Positions 28,810 to 42,264 of a DNA stretch of 64,000 nt are shown one piece after another. A program made the position numbers and the translations under genes. Source of the DNA: Eledone cirrhosa (taxonomy: Eukaryota); NCBI GenBank assembly GCA_964016885.1, contig OZ024740.1, positions 97,216,001-97,280,000 on the forward strand, read 5' to 3'. The notes under the pieces are model-generated. The model did no database searches. It saw only the letters and a program-made list of their open reading frames with translations, and was not told where the DNA came from. Every line of letters begins with the position of its first letter. Within the stretch, counting starts at the first letter, position 1.

Positions 28810-30470
28810 GTGATTACCATCATCATTTTGCTTTCACCTTTCTATTCTTGCACCAGTTGGATGGGTCTTTTCCAGTAGATCCTGCCTCCAGTTATTGTGC
28901 TTATTCATCATCTACTTTATGAAATTCATTATTTTGAGATCAGCTGTTTCCACCTATTGCACCATCCTTTCATTGACATCTCTACCAGTGCACCCTTTTT
29001 TTCTGCATGCTACATCTGATTCCTCTTAGACCCAGCATTTTTCTCAGGTCATTTGTAACTTGCCATTCATGCCCATAAACACCTCACATCAAATGGAGCA
29101 TGGTCACTTCATTTCTCCCCAGCCTTTCCATATTCACTACATTCACTCTCCGTCTCTCTGCTGTGTAACATCATTTTGGCAGCATAGAATATCATTCACT
29201 TAGAGAGAAAATCCCTTTGTATTCAACAGGGATAGTAGTTCTCTGAAATTTTTCCATGGTGTTCTTAATCTCGCTACTATTGGAGGAAGATGCTTTCAAA
29301 GCATATTAGCTAAAATAAGCACACTGCAAAAAGTTACTGAAGCAATAAAATCTATAAGCTCCTACAGTACCTTCCTAGAACTGGAAAAAATTTATTTCAC
29401 TGGTATTCTTATTTCCAACTAAATCTGTGCATCTGCCATATACAATGTCTACCTTTTCTCTATGTTTACCTGCTATCATACTATACCTCCTTTTTTACCC
29501 ATATTTTAAGGCGTGTGGCTGAGTGGTTAGAGAATTGTATTCACAATCATGAGGTTGTGAGTTTGATTCCCAGACTGGGCGATGTGTTATGTCCTTGAGC
29601 AAGATACTTTATTTCATGTTGCTCCTTCTACCTGGTGTTGCAACCGATAGATAGTATTAGCAATTGGAAAGACCAATGGAAACATTGTTTCCTCGGTCCG
29701 GTTTGACGAATGTCAATCATTCCTTTTTATATCGTGTACAATGTACAAATTTGCTACTGACATGTATTTTTTTTTAGTTGAGCACGGCAATTTCCTTGCT
29801 GGTATTAAATTCTTTTCTTCTTTCGCACTTACTAAATTTTGAACGTTGGGAAGTTCTCTCTGTGCCCTACTGATTCTAGGTTTTGATTCCACAATTGGAA
29901 TTTTTTCTCTCGATATTCTACTCATTCACCTATACGAATTAACTCATTAGCATACAGAATTTCCCAGCTAATATAGCCCGAAAAAACTGTTATAAACAGG
30001 ATGAGGCAGCAGTCTGAGCTGTGAAGAACACTCATCTGCATATTGAATTGAACTCCCAACTAAATTCATTACCTACTTTTACTTTGGTGACAGCATCTCT
30101 GCGCATGCTTTGATCTGCTCACACAGCCACTCATTAAGAACCACCAGATAACATATTGTGCTACTTTTTTAAATACCTTTTCCAAATCTACAAAAGCTAG
30201 ATGTAAAGCTTGCACTCAGCTAAGAAATTCTCTAGTAGCAGTCTCACTAAGAATATAGCATCTGTGGTGCTCTTTCTTGGCACAAAACCAAATTGTGTTT
30301 TATCTAATTTGACTCTTTCGTTAATTAGTTGATCTGTCAGTTTTATACCACTGTTGTTGCTCCATTCTAGAGCTTTGCCTTTTCTTTTGTAACAATTAAT
30401 AATTAGCCTATTACACCAGTCATATATCTTTATAAGAAAACTGAGGTGTCATGTGACAATCACTTTGTGC
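28810..30470 (-). mobile_element. Highly decayed RTE LINE interrupted by a SINE
   Basis: Minus-strand remnants QFGFVPRKSTTDAIFLVR (about 30240-30300) and RIRTPWKKFRELLSLL (about 29220-29270); (CAT)-type tail near 28820. Confidence 0.65.
29509..29630 (+). mobile_element. SINE family B
   Basis: GGCGTGTGGCTGAGTGGTTAGAG..GAGGTTGTGAGTTTGATTCCCAGACTGGG..TCCTTGAGCAAGATACTTTATTTC. Confidence 0.8.
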
Positions 30471-30799
30471 CAAATTTGAGAGAGAAATGGTAATTTGATA
30501 TCTTCTTCCCTTCCTCACTTTTATACAACATTGTTAAGATTTTCAATGGTCAAGTTATTTACCTATCTATCTTTGGACAATAAACACAGCACTCATCCAT
30601 CCATCCATCTATCTATTTACCTATCTCTCTATAATAAATGGTTAAAATTGTCTGTTAAAATTAATAATTTTGAAGTAAAATATGAGGCCACTTAGAACAG
30701 TATAAATAACATTTGTTTGTTTGCTTAATCAATGTTTCTCACCCCATCTTATATGCTTGTAAAAATTATATAATCATCTGAAATATAATACAAGTAGAT

Positions 30800-31125
30800 G
30801 ATCAAGAGAATGATTCAGCAAATGTCTAAATATGGGAGTAATGTAGTGTTGAAATATGAGAGTGACTTGTGAGAGTTTAAACATGAGGCTAACCTAGCAA
30901 GTGCCTAAATATGAAAGTTATTTATTGTGCTTAAATATGAGAGTGATTTAGTTAGAGTTTAATTATGAGAGTAACTTAGCAAGAGTTTATTTAAATATGA
31001 TAGTAGCAAAGAAATGACAAAATATGAAAGTGATTTACCAAGGGTTTGAGAGTGGCTTAACAAGTGGCTAATAATGACTAGTAGCTAATTACAAGAGTAA
31101 CTTAACAAATGGCTAATTATGCATA
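30800..31125. repeat. Degenerate ~29-30-bp minisatellite
   Basis: Recurrent AAATATGAGAGTGA(C/T)TTAGCAAGAGTTT-like units. Confidence 0.7.
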
Positions 31126-32345
31126 AAATATGTTTGAAATGCGGATCCAGTGAAATAGCATTATAAATGAAGGTTCTGAAACAATAAAAGTATTTGGTTT
31201 GAGAGAGGAAATCTCGATTTTCACTAGTGTGAAATTAACACTGCACCAATGTGTTACTATTAATTATTTCTCTACTTAATTAGCTATTTTGTCAAATTCC
31301 CTCTTTGAGGTGATAATTTTTCTGATTTTGATTGTTATTTTAGCAGTGTTAGTCTTCTTTTTGTTGTATATTTTTTTTATTTCTTTGTGTGTAATTTTTT
31401 ATAATAATATTTTAAGTGAAACTTATACTAGTTTTGTTTCTATTTTTTTTTTGTGTTGTTTCATGGTTTTAGTTTTGGTTATTTTTGGTTGTCTGTTTTG
31501 GTAATATTTTGATTGCTGTTTTAATAGTGTTTTATATGTTTATTTTTTATTTATTGAAATGAAATTCTAAACTGTTTCCTTCCTTCTTCTCTTTTCTGTT
31601 GCATTTGTTTCTTTGTTTATTTGTATATCATGTGTGTGCATATATATGTGAGTGGTAACTGGGTAACTGTATGCATGTATGAGCATGTATGAGTATGTTT
31701 GATAACCGGGTTACTGTGTATATGTATCTATATATCTGTATATATGTGAATGTGTGTGCATTCATGTGTGCATGTTTTTATGTGTCTATATATGTGTGCA
31801 TGTATATGTGAATGTTAATTGTGTGTATATGTGTGTGTGTATTTGTGTGTGTGTTTGTGCATTCTCTCTCTGTTTTACACTGTTGAAGAACACTTAAATT
31901 AAAACATTATGAACATCTAAAAATTGTAGAATAACTATATACAGTGTGTTGTTTTTATGTTGTTACTGCACTGTTTTGTGCTTGTTGTTGTTTATAATGT
32001 CTTTGTTTTGATGTGGTTTCTGATGTTATTGATGTTTTTCCTGTTGTTGTCACCATGAATGATAAAAGTGGGTTACTACACATGATATTTTTGATGATGG
32101 TAGTGGTGGTGATGATGTTGATAGTGGTTTTATTTGGCAAGTATAAAAACTATGTGAAGGCTGATGTTGTTGTTTGAGAGGGGGCTGGTAATGAGAGTAG
32201 TGGTGGTGGAGGAGGTTGCAGCTGTAGTACTGATTAGGATGAGGAAGATGTTTTGATGAAATATTTATGAGCCAAAATTTTTCAGCTTATATTTGAAATT
32301 GACTGAAGAAAATATGGCTTTTTTCTCCATATTACTTTTATAATA

Positions 32346-32382
<37 letters not shown>

Positions 32383-32399
32383 TAATTATTGTTGTTATT

Positions 32400-32632
32400 G
32401 TTTCTTCGCTCAGCCTCTAATGCTGGAGATGTATTACAGTGTTAGTTGTTCAATACCAATGGACTGAGCAAACAGCCCTTATTTTTCAAGTATGCTTCAG
32501 AGTATTCAAGCTGTTCCAAGCAATGAACATTTTTGTAATTGTTCCATCCATTTTGCAATCCTTATTTGTTTAATGTACTTCTCAAGATCTTTACTCACTG
32601 TTCCCAAGACTCCAACTAGTATTGGTGCTGCC
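32400..32632 (-). mobile_element. Old R4/Dong 3' end remnant beside (TAA)n
   Basis: PILVGVLGTVSKDLEKYI..LQKCSLLGTA*IL*SILE, parallel to the C-terminus of ORF 52703-56092. Confidence 0.75.
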
Positions 32633-32674
32633 TTATTGTTATTTCTATAAAGAAATAATTATCAATATGATTGA

Positions 32675-32822
32675 AAGATGGTGGATCATTAGTCATTAGC
32701 GCTTTGGAAAAATAGTAGTATTTGTTCCAGCTCTTTACTTTTTGAGTTCAAAGCCCACCAAGGTCAACTTGGCCTTTCATCTTTCTGAAGTTGATAAAAT
32801 AAAGTACCAGTCAAATACTGGT
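32675..32822 (+). mobile_element. SINE family A (diverged)
   Basis: GAGTTCAAAGCCCACCAAGGTCAACTTGGCCTTTCATCTTTCTGAAGTTGATAAAATAAAGTACCAG. Confidence 0.75.
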
Positions 32823-34379
32823 TTATATAACTGATGAGCATTGTAATACATGGATGCATGCCAAGCAACAGAGGTAGAGGTTGGCCAACAAAATGATGAG
32901 TAACATCTGTGCATGGACAGGCAGGAGTCCCTGGGAGGTGATAAAAAGGGTGTGGGACAGGATTGCTCGGAAGAATTTGCAGAAGGCATACATGGACACT
33001 TGGGATCTATGATGATGATGATGATAACTGAATATCATCTCACCCCGAAATTGCTGGCCTTGTGCCAAAATTAGAAATGCTTCTTATTATGATTGGCAAA
33101 GCAAGTTATTTTATAACATTTTACCATGTTGCCTCTATAATTCATCATTGATAATTGATCATTATTGTCATTTTACATCCACCTTCCATGCTGGCATAGG
33201 TTTAATAGATTTTTATGGTCCAAGGTGGAAGAGGCTAAGGATATTTAATGCTGCTCAAATGTTCCATATTTAAGATAGCTTTTATGGTTTGATGGTCTTC
33301 TTAACACCAACCAGCTTACAGGGTGTACTGGTTGCTATTTCTTGTGGTACCAGCACTACATCTTTACAGTGTATTGGTATTGATAATGTAATGTAAAAAC
33401 AAAATGTCATATATAGTCATCTTAATAAATTTAGTATGGTACCACAATGCCTCATTCTCAATCTTATAGTATTTGGCTCATTTCGACTATATTGTTGATT
33501 CTATTTTCAACAAAGGTAGTTTTTACTTTCTTTCTTACAAAGTCAAAAATTCATATAAATTTTTACCAGAATTGTTTGTGGAGTTACTGAACTTGCTAAA
33601 ATTGTGACCAAATCTCCTTTACATCCCACCTTATCTTCAAGATGATAAGCCTGTTAGTAATGTAGTTTTAGACATTCTGTTTGGACACAAAACAATGGGG
33701 TAGTCAATGGCTTGATATGCTAGAAATAGTATCGAAATCTCTCTAACATCATTATCTACTGTGGTAAAAATAAAAGCATTGCAATAATGCAGTCATTCAT
33801 GTATACTAAGAATCTAAAAGAAAAATGGATAGACATAATTGTAACATCTTTGAACATAGGTTTACTCAATCAGGGTTAGCTTGTGGCTAAACAAAAGAAT
33901 AAGAAGTATATAACATTTTGCTACAGCTGCTGTTACTTATAATGACTACAATGGTGATATTGTTGGTAGTGGTGGTGGATATGACAGATATTGTAGACGT
34001 GGTAATGGATGTTGTGATGATATAGATGAGAGGGATACAGATAGGAATGATAGAGATGCTGGTGGTAAAGGTAGAGATGTTTATGTAGATGATAGTGATG
34101 TTGGTTGTGCAGATAAAAGTTGAGGTGGCATTGATGAGGGTGATGGTACTGATGTTGGTGGTAGCCTTTGGTCAGATGATGGTGATTGATGTTGTAGTGA
34201 CACTAATGGTGATATTGATAATGGTCATGATGGAGGTTGTGTTAATGCTTGTTTTGGGGATGGAGGTAGCAATGTTTTGATGGTGGTAAATTTGGCAGGG
34301 AATTGGTGATGATGGATCTGGTGGTAGATGTGGAAGTGGTAGGAATAAAATGATTGTAGAGGTGATGATGTTGGTAATA

Positions 34380-34805
34380 ATAGTTTCTGATTTAGTCACA
34401 AGGCCTACAGTTTTAAGGAGAAGGGTAAGTCGATTGAATTAACCCACTTGTGTTGATTCAATTGACTGGTATTTCATTTAATCGACTCCATAAGGATGAA
34501 AGGCAAAGCTAACCTCGACAGGATTTGAACTCAGAATGTAAAGGATCTTAACTTAATGTAACAACGTATGTTGTCTGACACTCAACTGATACAGCCAATC
34601 AACCACCCTCTTGATAATAATTGTTTCTACTTTTGGCACAAGGCCAGCAATTATCCCAGTACATTACTGGTACTTTATTTTATCGACCCCGTAAGGATGA
34701 ACGGCAAAGTTAACCTCGGTGGGATTTGAACTCAGATGGTAAAGGGATGTAACTGTGCTGGAAAGCATGTCCGACCCTCTACCGATACTGCCAATTCACC
34801 CTGTT
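34380..34805 (-). mobile_element. Two tandem SINE family A copies (about 34380-34610 and 34615-34805)
   Basis: Each has TAAGGATGAA(A/C)GGCAAAG(C/T)TAACCTCG..GATTTGAACTCAGA and ends in GCCAAT(C/T)..CACCC. Confidence 0.85.
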
Positions 34806-35084
34806 GGTAATAATGTAGTTCAGTCGGGCATGTATTTTATGGTATTGAACCTTCCAATGTAGGATTATATATCGACACATAAGTATATTTGACATAGAGG
34901 TAATAAATGTCAGCCTATTGTGTACTATTGTATGGTCTTGTAATTGCTGATAGAGTTGTAGGCATTTTAAGCCTTGCAGAGCCCATCTCTCTTCTGGTCT
35001 AAACACAGTAGATTTCTTCCCGAAAAGGACAGAGTGGGAGAATGGAAATGAAAAGGCAATATAACAATAAAATTAACTCCCGTA

Positions 35085-35230
35085 CTAGACTAGTACTTTT
35101 TTCATTTACTTTGAATGGATGAAAGGCAAAGTTGATCTTAGCAGGATTTGAATTCAGAGAGCAGAGAGTTGGAATTAATACTGTAAAACATTCTTTCCAA
35201 CATTCTAATGACTTTACCAATTTGCTGCCT
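35085..35230 (-). mobile_element. SINE family A (diverged)
   Basis: GGATGAAAGGCAAAGTTGATCTTAGCAGGATTTGAATTCAGA. Confidence 0.7.
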
Positions 35231-36489
35231 AATTTTCAGCCAATATACAATTAAATAAGTGGCTATTATGTTGTGGATTATGGTTAATCAATTTGCTTTT
35301 TAAATGATTCATAGTAGCTATTGCTATGAGGGCTGAAGATGATGAACAGAATTAGTAGGAGAGCAGTCTAGATTTGGAAGAATTTTAGATGAACAGTGTC
35401 TATAATTCAAATTACATGCTTAACCACCTACTCTGTTATGTTGGTGAATTGATTTATTGGTTTAATCTTCTCCGGAAGATACCGCTGGTAACCAGCCACT
35501 TGATAAATAAAGATAAAGTAAACCAGGCATGCAAGATAGAGGTGATATGCTCTGTACATATAGTGTTCAGTTCCGAAGTAGTCGCAAGAGTATAGAGAGC
35601 TGCTCATCAGAACGAGGCCGGCAGCGAATAAGAGAGTGAGAAACACAAGTCTCGTCTATTTATAATGCCTACGGGAAGTAACTCTAATTAATTCTCTTTT
35701 TTTTTACCCTAGAGGTCGCTGCAAATCTCACTGAGAATTATGTGAAGAGCCCATGTTTCTGTTGAGTACTTTGCTACTTACATATTAATTTAATGAGTAG
35801 ATTATTCTCTAGACCAAACAACAGGAACACTTATTGTCAAAACCAACATAGGTTCATTTTAACAGTCGTCTCCCATTAATTTATTTCCCTGTGCCCATGA
35901 TAGAAATTAATTTTATGGCAGCAGATTATCGGTACTACAGGAGTGTAAATTAAATATAGTCGTTACTTATGGCTTTTCATATTTTCATTCTGAAGCAGCT
36001 AAGGTTAAAATGTCTTGCATTTTCCTGAATATAATAAAATATAGTACAAGTGAAGAACTTGTGTTGCTTTAATTAAAATCTGTTGCTTTCTGCCAATGAT
36101 TAAAATGAGGTTTCTTACAACAGTAGATTAGCAGAATTCATATAGCAGCAGAGTTCAAAAGCCACTGAGGCCATTATGGTTTGTAGACTTTATCCATTGC
36201 TTGAATTAACACCACTATTAAGCCTTTGTGTATATTTTATATAGTTATTCTGGTGCAAGCATTCAAACTAATTTTCTGGTTTGAGGATATTTCTCTTCTT
36301 CATCCCTACCAATGTCACAAACCATTAAAAGGGGCACACTCTTTCTTCCTTACTAAGTGGTAGAAAAAATAATCTACCTAGGATCTGATGACTATAGTTA
36401 ATCATCTAGCTTTCAAAACAAATCTATCCAACCCTTAATTAACTGCATGAATGATATTCTAAACCTTTATATAGCAGTGAATTGAAAAT

Positions 36490-36640
36490 AGAAGGGTGGT
36501 GGATCAGCAGAGTTGTTAGAGCATCTAAAAATTTGCTTAACAGTAATTGTCCAGCTCTTTACATTCTAAGTTCAAATCCTAACCAAGTCAACTTCAACTT
36601 TCCAAGATTGAAAAAATAAACTACCAGTCAAGTACTGCAG
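36490..36640 (+). mobile_element. SINE family A (diverged)
   Basis: GGTGGTGGATCAGCAGAG..GTTCAAATCC..AAAATAAACTACCAGTC. Confidence 0.65.
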
Positions 36641-37044
36641 TCTGTATAATCAATTTGGTTAGTAACTATATTTGATTGTTTCTCTCATGATATTGTTCAA
36701 GTTGACTAATATCTGATTAGACTGCCTCTAATGGTTGTCATGAACATGATAATATATTTTCATTATACTAGATATTAGAATGCTGGTATGGGTTGGATGA
36801 TATGATTTGATGCAGTATTTTACAGCTAGATAGTTTCCTGATACCAACCATTTTAGCCTCTTCTTATGACACAGAGGGATACAATGAATCTATTTTGAAA
36901 TTTGGAATACACAGTCATTCTAAAACAGTATTATCTTCTTTTGGATACAATAGCACCATAGATAGAACCACAGATGTTGTTATTTATACCAAATTCAACT
37001 CTGATTAAGGAAACTCATTCCAGCCATGACCATTCTGCCTCTAA

Positions 37045-37645
37045 TACTCATCATTATCATCATCATCACCATTTGATGTCAATGTTTCCATGATAGCATG
37101 GGTTAGACAACGTGTCCTGTTGTGGGCAGTGCCAGGTCAAGTGACCATGTCTTGCTCATAGAGGACTGATTTTGGCTCAGTTTGTACAGCCGGTTGCCCT
37201 TTCTAACACCAACGCCATTTACAGTGAGTACTGGGTGCTTTTTTACCGTGGCACCTACACAATCATTTTACTGTGGGCTATGTGCTTTTTGTTGTGACAC
37301 CTACATGACCACTTTACTGTGGGAGGGGCATGAGGGTATATTGTCTATATGCTTCAGTTTCGGCTTTTACCAGTGGCAACTCGGGTCTTCTGTATTACTG
37401 CGTAACACCAGAGGTCTTGGTCCTCTGTCATTGCCTTTGAGAGGTGCAATTGGACAAGGTAAGTTTTTATCACCTCATTCCAGGTCTTCTTGGGTCTCCC
37501 CTCTCCAAGGCTTCTATTGACTTTTAGTGCTCTGCACCTTTTTATGTAACTGTCATCCTTCATACGCATCACATGTCCATACCAATGCAGTCTCCTCTCC
37601 TGCACACAAAATTTGATTCCTCTTATGCTTAGTCTCTCTACATAC
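37045..37645 (-). mobile_element. 5'-truncated RTE with long 3' UTR
   Basis: ERLSIRGIKFCVQERRLHWYGHVMRMKDD..GRPKKTW; UTR and (CAT)n tail as at 42265. Confidence 0.85.
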
Positions 37646-38554
37646 AAATAATATTATATATATATTATTTATATGTAGGACTACATTATCTAATATGTCC
37701 TTTCTTTATTCAAAATGATTGTGTATGATTTAAATAAGATTTGGTCAATAATTCTAGCAAAGTAAGCATTTGTGCAAAGACTTTCTAAAAGTGCAGTTTA
37801 CTGCTGTAGAAGCTTGAGACACAGTTTCCTTGACAAATCTTTTGTTCTAATGCAATAAAACAGCAATTATTCCAATAATAATGCTGCTGAAACTACTACT
37901 GCTGCTGCTTCTCCTCCTTTTCCTCTTTCTCCTCCTAACACCAATGATAACACCACCACCACCCATGCTTCTGCTGCTGAAGATGATACTGCTGCCACTA
38001 CTGTTGCTGCAGTTGTCATTGCTATTAACTATGGAGGCAGTGTAATTAATTCCTTGTGGAATTCTATTTTGATATGTTATATAAAGGAAAAAATTATACA
38101 GGAAGGAAAAGAGATATTGCAATAGCAATGATGACAATTACAACAGCAATGAAAACAGTGGCAATGAGTACAAGTAGTAGTAGGAGCAGTAGTAGCAGTA
38201 GTAGTAGAAGTTATTGTTGTTGTTGTTTTGGGAGTTTAACTCTGCTCAAGCAGATGTCTGGCAAGGGGATACAGCAATTGCTGTCCTCTCTTTGTGTATG
38301 TCAGACTAAATTACCTGATGTGTACCCCTTTATTTAAGACCTAACTTTAGCTTAGGGTGCAGATTGTCAGTGTGTTAAAGTGCTAAATTCTATATAGTTT
38401 GGTAAGATCTATATGAACTCTGGAATTACATTCCATTGCTTTTACCTGGATATATATATATAATACGCAAGTGATGGAGAAATTGAAACCATTTCTGTTG
38501 AGGTTTAACAATAAATCCAAAACATATTGTTATAATTATATGTACAAATATACA

Positions 38555-38940
38555 CAGAGAAGATGGCAAAGGACCGTGACAAGTGGAAAGATGCTGTGCT
38601 GAATAGGACCCGTCTCACCCTTGCAAGCAGGGAAAAGTGGACGTAAAATGATGATGATGATGATAATCATCATCATCATCATCAACGTTTAACGTCCGTG
38701 TTCCACGCTTGCATGGGTTTGGACGGGGGTTTTCCCACTTGAGGCAAGAGTGATTATCTTGCTCGCATAGGACTATCTGGCGGGTTTTCTACAGCTGGAT
38801 GCCCTTCCTAACACCAACCACATTTACAGTGTGGGGCTGGGAGGTTTTTACCGTGTTGCCTACACGGCCACATTACAGCGTGGACTGTCTGGCGGGTTTT
38901 CTACAGCTGGATGCCCTTCCTAACACCAACCATGATGATA
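38555..38940. mobile_element. Two RTE 3' ends joined tail-to-tail
   Basis: The plus copy 38555-38665 matches 725-845 and ends (GAT)n. The minus copy starts (CAT)n at about 38667 and matches the 12510-12690 UTR, with a 50-bp internal duplication (38770/38882). Confidence 0.82.
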
Positions 38941-38951
38941 TATATATATAT

Positions 38952-39646
38952 ATAGTTATACTTGGAGAGGGACATATTGTTATACTATTGCCAGAAATAA
39001 TAACAGAACACACTCAGTGGTTGTTTTGGGTTGGTTTTCGCTTCTGTATCTTTTATATCACCATAGTTAATTTATCTGGCAACCAATGTTTATCATTGAT
39101 TGACCAACGGTTAAAAATACAGATATGACTATATATAGTCTATCAAAGTTCTTTCATCACACATCTGCGACATCATCAGTTTCCTCCCATTGTATTGTAA
39201 TGCCTACATCATTTTTATTTAATAGAAATGACTCAATAGGTAGGCAAATCAGAGACACAACTGAGATTGAACTAAGAAAACTGAAGTTAAACAGAAAGAA
39301 CGAATGGGATAACAACAACAACCATACCAAAACAAACAATACTGACCTAAGGGAAATATAAATAAATAAATAAAATAAAAATGGCGTAGGCATTATAATA
39401 CAATAGGAAGAAACAATTAAACCACTGTGATGAAAGAACTTTGATACACTATATATATATATATATTTATATCTGTATTTTTAACCGTTGGTCAATCAAT
39501 GATAAAAATTGATTGCCAGATAAATTAAGGATGGAGATATAAAACATACAGAAGCGAAAAACCAACCCAAACCAAACAGTGAGTGCGTTCTGTTATTATT
39601 TCTGGCAATATTAAAACAATATGACCCTCCCAAAATATAACAATAT
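38952..39646. mobile_element. Diverged palindromic HHR element (same terminal motif as 47733-48213)
   Basis: Arms about 38952-39160 / 39426-39646; terminus ATGACCCTCCCAAAATATAACAATAT. Minus-strand core CTGATGA-T-GTCGCA GATG TGTGAT-GAAA-GAAC-TT at 39140-39180 (stem I lost). The right arm has only the 3' half. Confidence 0.75.
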
Positions 39647-40169
39647 TTGTTTCGACGATGATGCTGATGATGATGATACATGCATGTGTCCAACACATGC
39701 AAGCATAAAAAAACAGAGGTAAAAACGATGATGATGATATATATATATATATATATCATCATCATCGTTTCCAACCGTGACCATCCCCACTGAAAGTTTC
39801 GTGAAATAGTCTTTTTAAGACTATACAGAGCATTTGTAGTTTTTCCAAATTGAAGGATGAGTATATAAACTTTATTTTATTCTGAGTTAAGACTCTATTG
39901 ATTTTTCCCTGGATTTCACAAAAATCTCTGGATAAATCTATGTCTTGATTTTTTTTTTAATTGAGTTTGAATTATTTTCCCCACATCTTACGTTAACTAT
40001 GTTTCCATTTTGATGTTATAGTCACTTATATATTATGAAATACTGTTGGCTTCATGCTCACAATAATTTCTATACTCTCATTTATATATATATCAGATTG
40101 GACGTGGTGAAAACCAGTTAGACTATTACTCACCAGAGTACTCAATACTTAGGGTAGTTGAGTGGGTAA

Positions 40170-40292
40170 TATGAACATATTCAGGACCCCGACAGCTGAG
40201 CTCTGGCAATTTCAACAGCTAGATTCAAACTCTTGAAATCTAGCTGTTGAAACGACCATAGCTCAGCTGTCATGATCCTGGATTTTTTCATA
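40170..40292. repeat. ~60-bp-arm hairpin
   Basis: GACAGCTGAGCT..TTTCAACAGCTAGATT / AATCTAGCTGTTGAAA..AGCTCAGCTGTC. Confidence 0.8.
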
Positions 40293-41602
40293 GAAATATA
40301 TTCATAGAAATAATGAGAAAACTCAATGCAAGGCTGTTAAAAACTGCCAAATGACATCAATGGCAGCATTCAAGTTGGGTAAAAATACCTCAAAAGATTG
40401 AAATCAGTGGCCAGTGTTTGGTATAGATATATATGAAGCATTGTGGTGGGATATGTAATTTAGACTGTATTGGGAAGGCCAGTAAGAATAAGAAATATAA
40501 TCATGGAACAAGTGTGAAGTAAATTTAGAATGACAAATCAAAACAAGTTTTTAAACTATATATTTTATAATATTTCCAGGTTAGAGGGTTCTTTTTAAAT
40601 GATGAACAATGAAAATTTAAAGTGTCCTGTTCTGAAAAGCTCTTTTTTTGTTATGTGAATGAGCGCTGGTGGAAATGTAACATTTGTAGAAAGGTTTTAA
40701 CAGCCTGTCATCTCCATCTAGCTCAGATCTGTTTGGATTATGCCTGGTTGTAAGAAGGGCCTTTTTGTTCTGCAAGTTAACCACCTTCCTCTCAGAGGCT
40801 TCTATGGTGATCTTATATCTCAGGTCTGACACTTTTGAATATGTTTATTCCCAGAGAAAGCTCCCATATATGCAGCTTCTTGACAGTGATTCTAATGTAT
40901 GAGCAGACTGAGGAACCTTATTAGAGAAACTACTCTTCAATATCTGACACACTTACACCAATGATATATGCACACTCCTTAACTGTCCCATCAAATAAGC
41001 AGAACTGTGCATAAGATCATATGTAGTATATAAGTTCACTTGCAAAAAATGTGGTATCACAAGACCACACCCATGACATGGTTATTACTCTTCCTCTTTA
41101 GCAACTAACATATCTGGAGTTTTGCTCTCTCCTCTCATACCTCATTGCCTACCCAGCTGAATCATAAACAAAACAAACATCCTTTAGCAAGTAACATGTA
41201 GGCTGACACTTGCTCCCTCATCATTACCTATTTTTGTCATTGCTGCTCCTATCATTGTCTCTCCAATTTTGCCACACCCACAACAAGCATCTAAATGTCA
41301 TAATGTATTAGCACTAGTGACATGACAAGAATCACCAGATTATCTTCTAAGAAAGTTGTGTTACTGTCACAACTAAAAGCTCGCTAAGCACACTTTAAGT
41401 TGATTGGCATTACGAATGGCATCCTGCAGTAGAGCACCGAGCCAAAATTATAGCATAGGAGCATGATTTGGACCCTGAACTGAGTAGGCTCATAATGTGA
41501 CATCTCATCTAACCAATACGAGCATATAAAATATAGGGGAAATGGTGACGATGATACAATAGAAATGTATATGAAAGCCTATATAAATTGTTTATTTATA
41601 AT

Positions 41603-41665
41603 TGTTTCTACTTTAGGCACAAGGCCAGCAATCACCCAGTGCATTACTGGTACTTTATTTTATCG
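41603..41665 (-). mobile_element. 5'-truncated SINE A with perfect 16-bp TSD
   Basis: ATTGTTTATTTATAAT at 41587-41602 and 41666-41681. Confidence 0.88.
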
Positions 41666-42264
41666 ATTGTTTATTTATAATAATCATAGAAAAGACTTGT
41701 TGTAAATATTTCAAGCTCTGTTCATATTACAGCTATGTCAGTATTTCAGGATCAATAATCCATCATCAGTGATTTTTCCGTCGCTTAGTACTGTAGCATG
41801 AAAGCTAAATTTCTTACATAAAGAATTTTGCAAATAATACATTTAACATGATGCTTGTTTGCTTATAGTGTATGCTTAGCAGCCCTATATTAATCAATGG
41901 TAACATAAACAACAATCTCATTCAGAATGAGGGTGTATATGCAAGCATAAACTATATGTTTGAATATAATAAACCTTTCATTATTTGCCCATTGTCACAA
42001 AGTCATTATATTGTTGTAACTGCTGCTCTGTCAGATGGACTGAGGGCTACATCTTGCTTATGCCACCAGCATTATGGAGGGTTGGTATGCTTTTCTCATG
42101 ACTGAGAAGTTCTTGCAATACTTCTTGAGGCATGTTTTCTTGTGGCTGCATGCCATCCCCATCACCAACCTCTTTACAGTATGTGTTGGGTGCATTTTAT
42201 CATGACACCAACACAAGAGAGTCTGTGTGATTGATACACCTGAAGAGACCTCTCAACATACATA

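Noticed and set aside
35565-35615. Minus-strand CTGATGA-GCA..TGC motif
   Set aside because: GAAA is replaced by GACT and stems I and III are unconvincing; at most a fossil.
40617-40950. 71-aa minus-strand ORF as a host exon
   Set aside because: No recognisable domain or clear splice frame; weak resemblance to a decayed LINE C-terminus.
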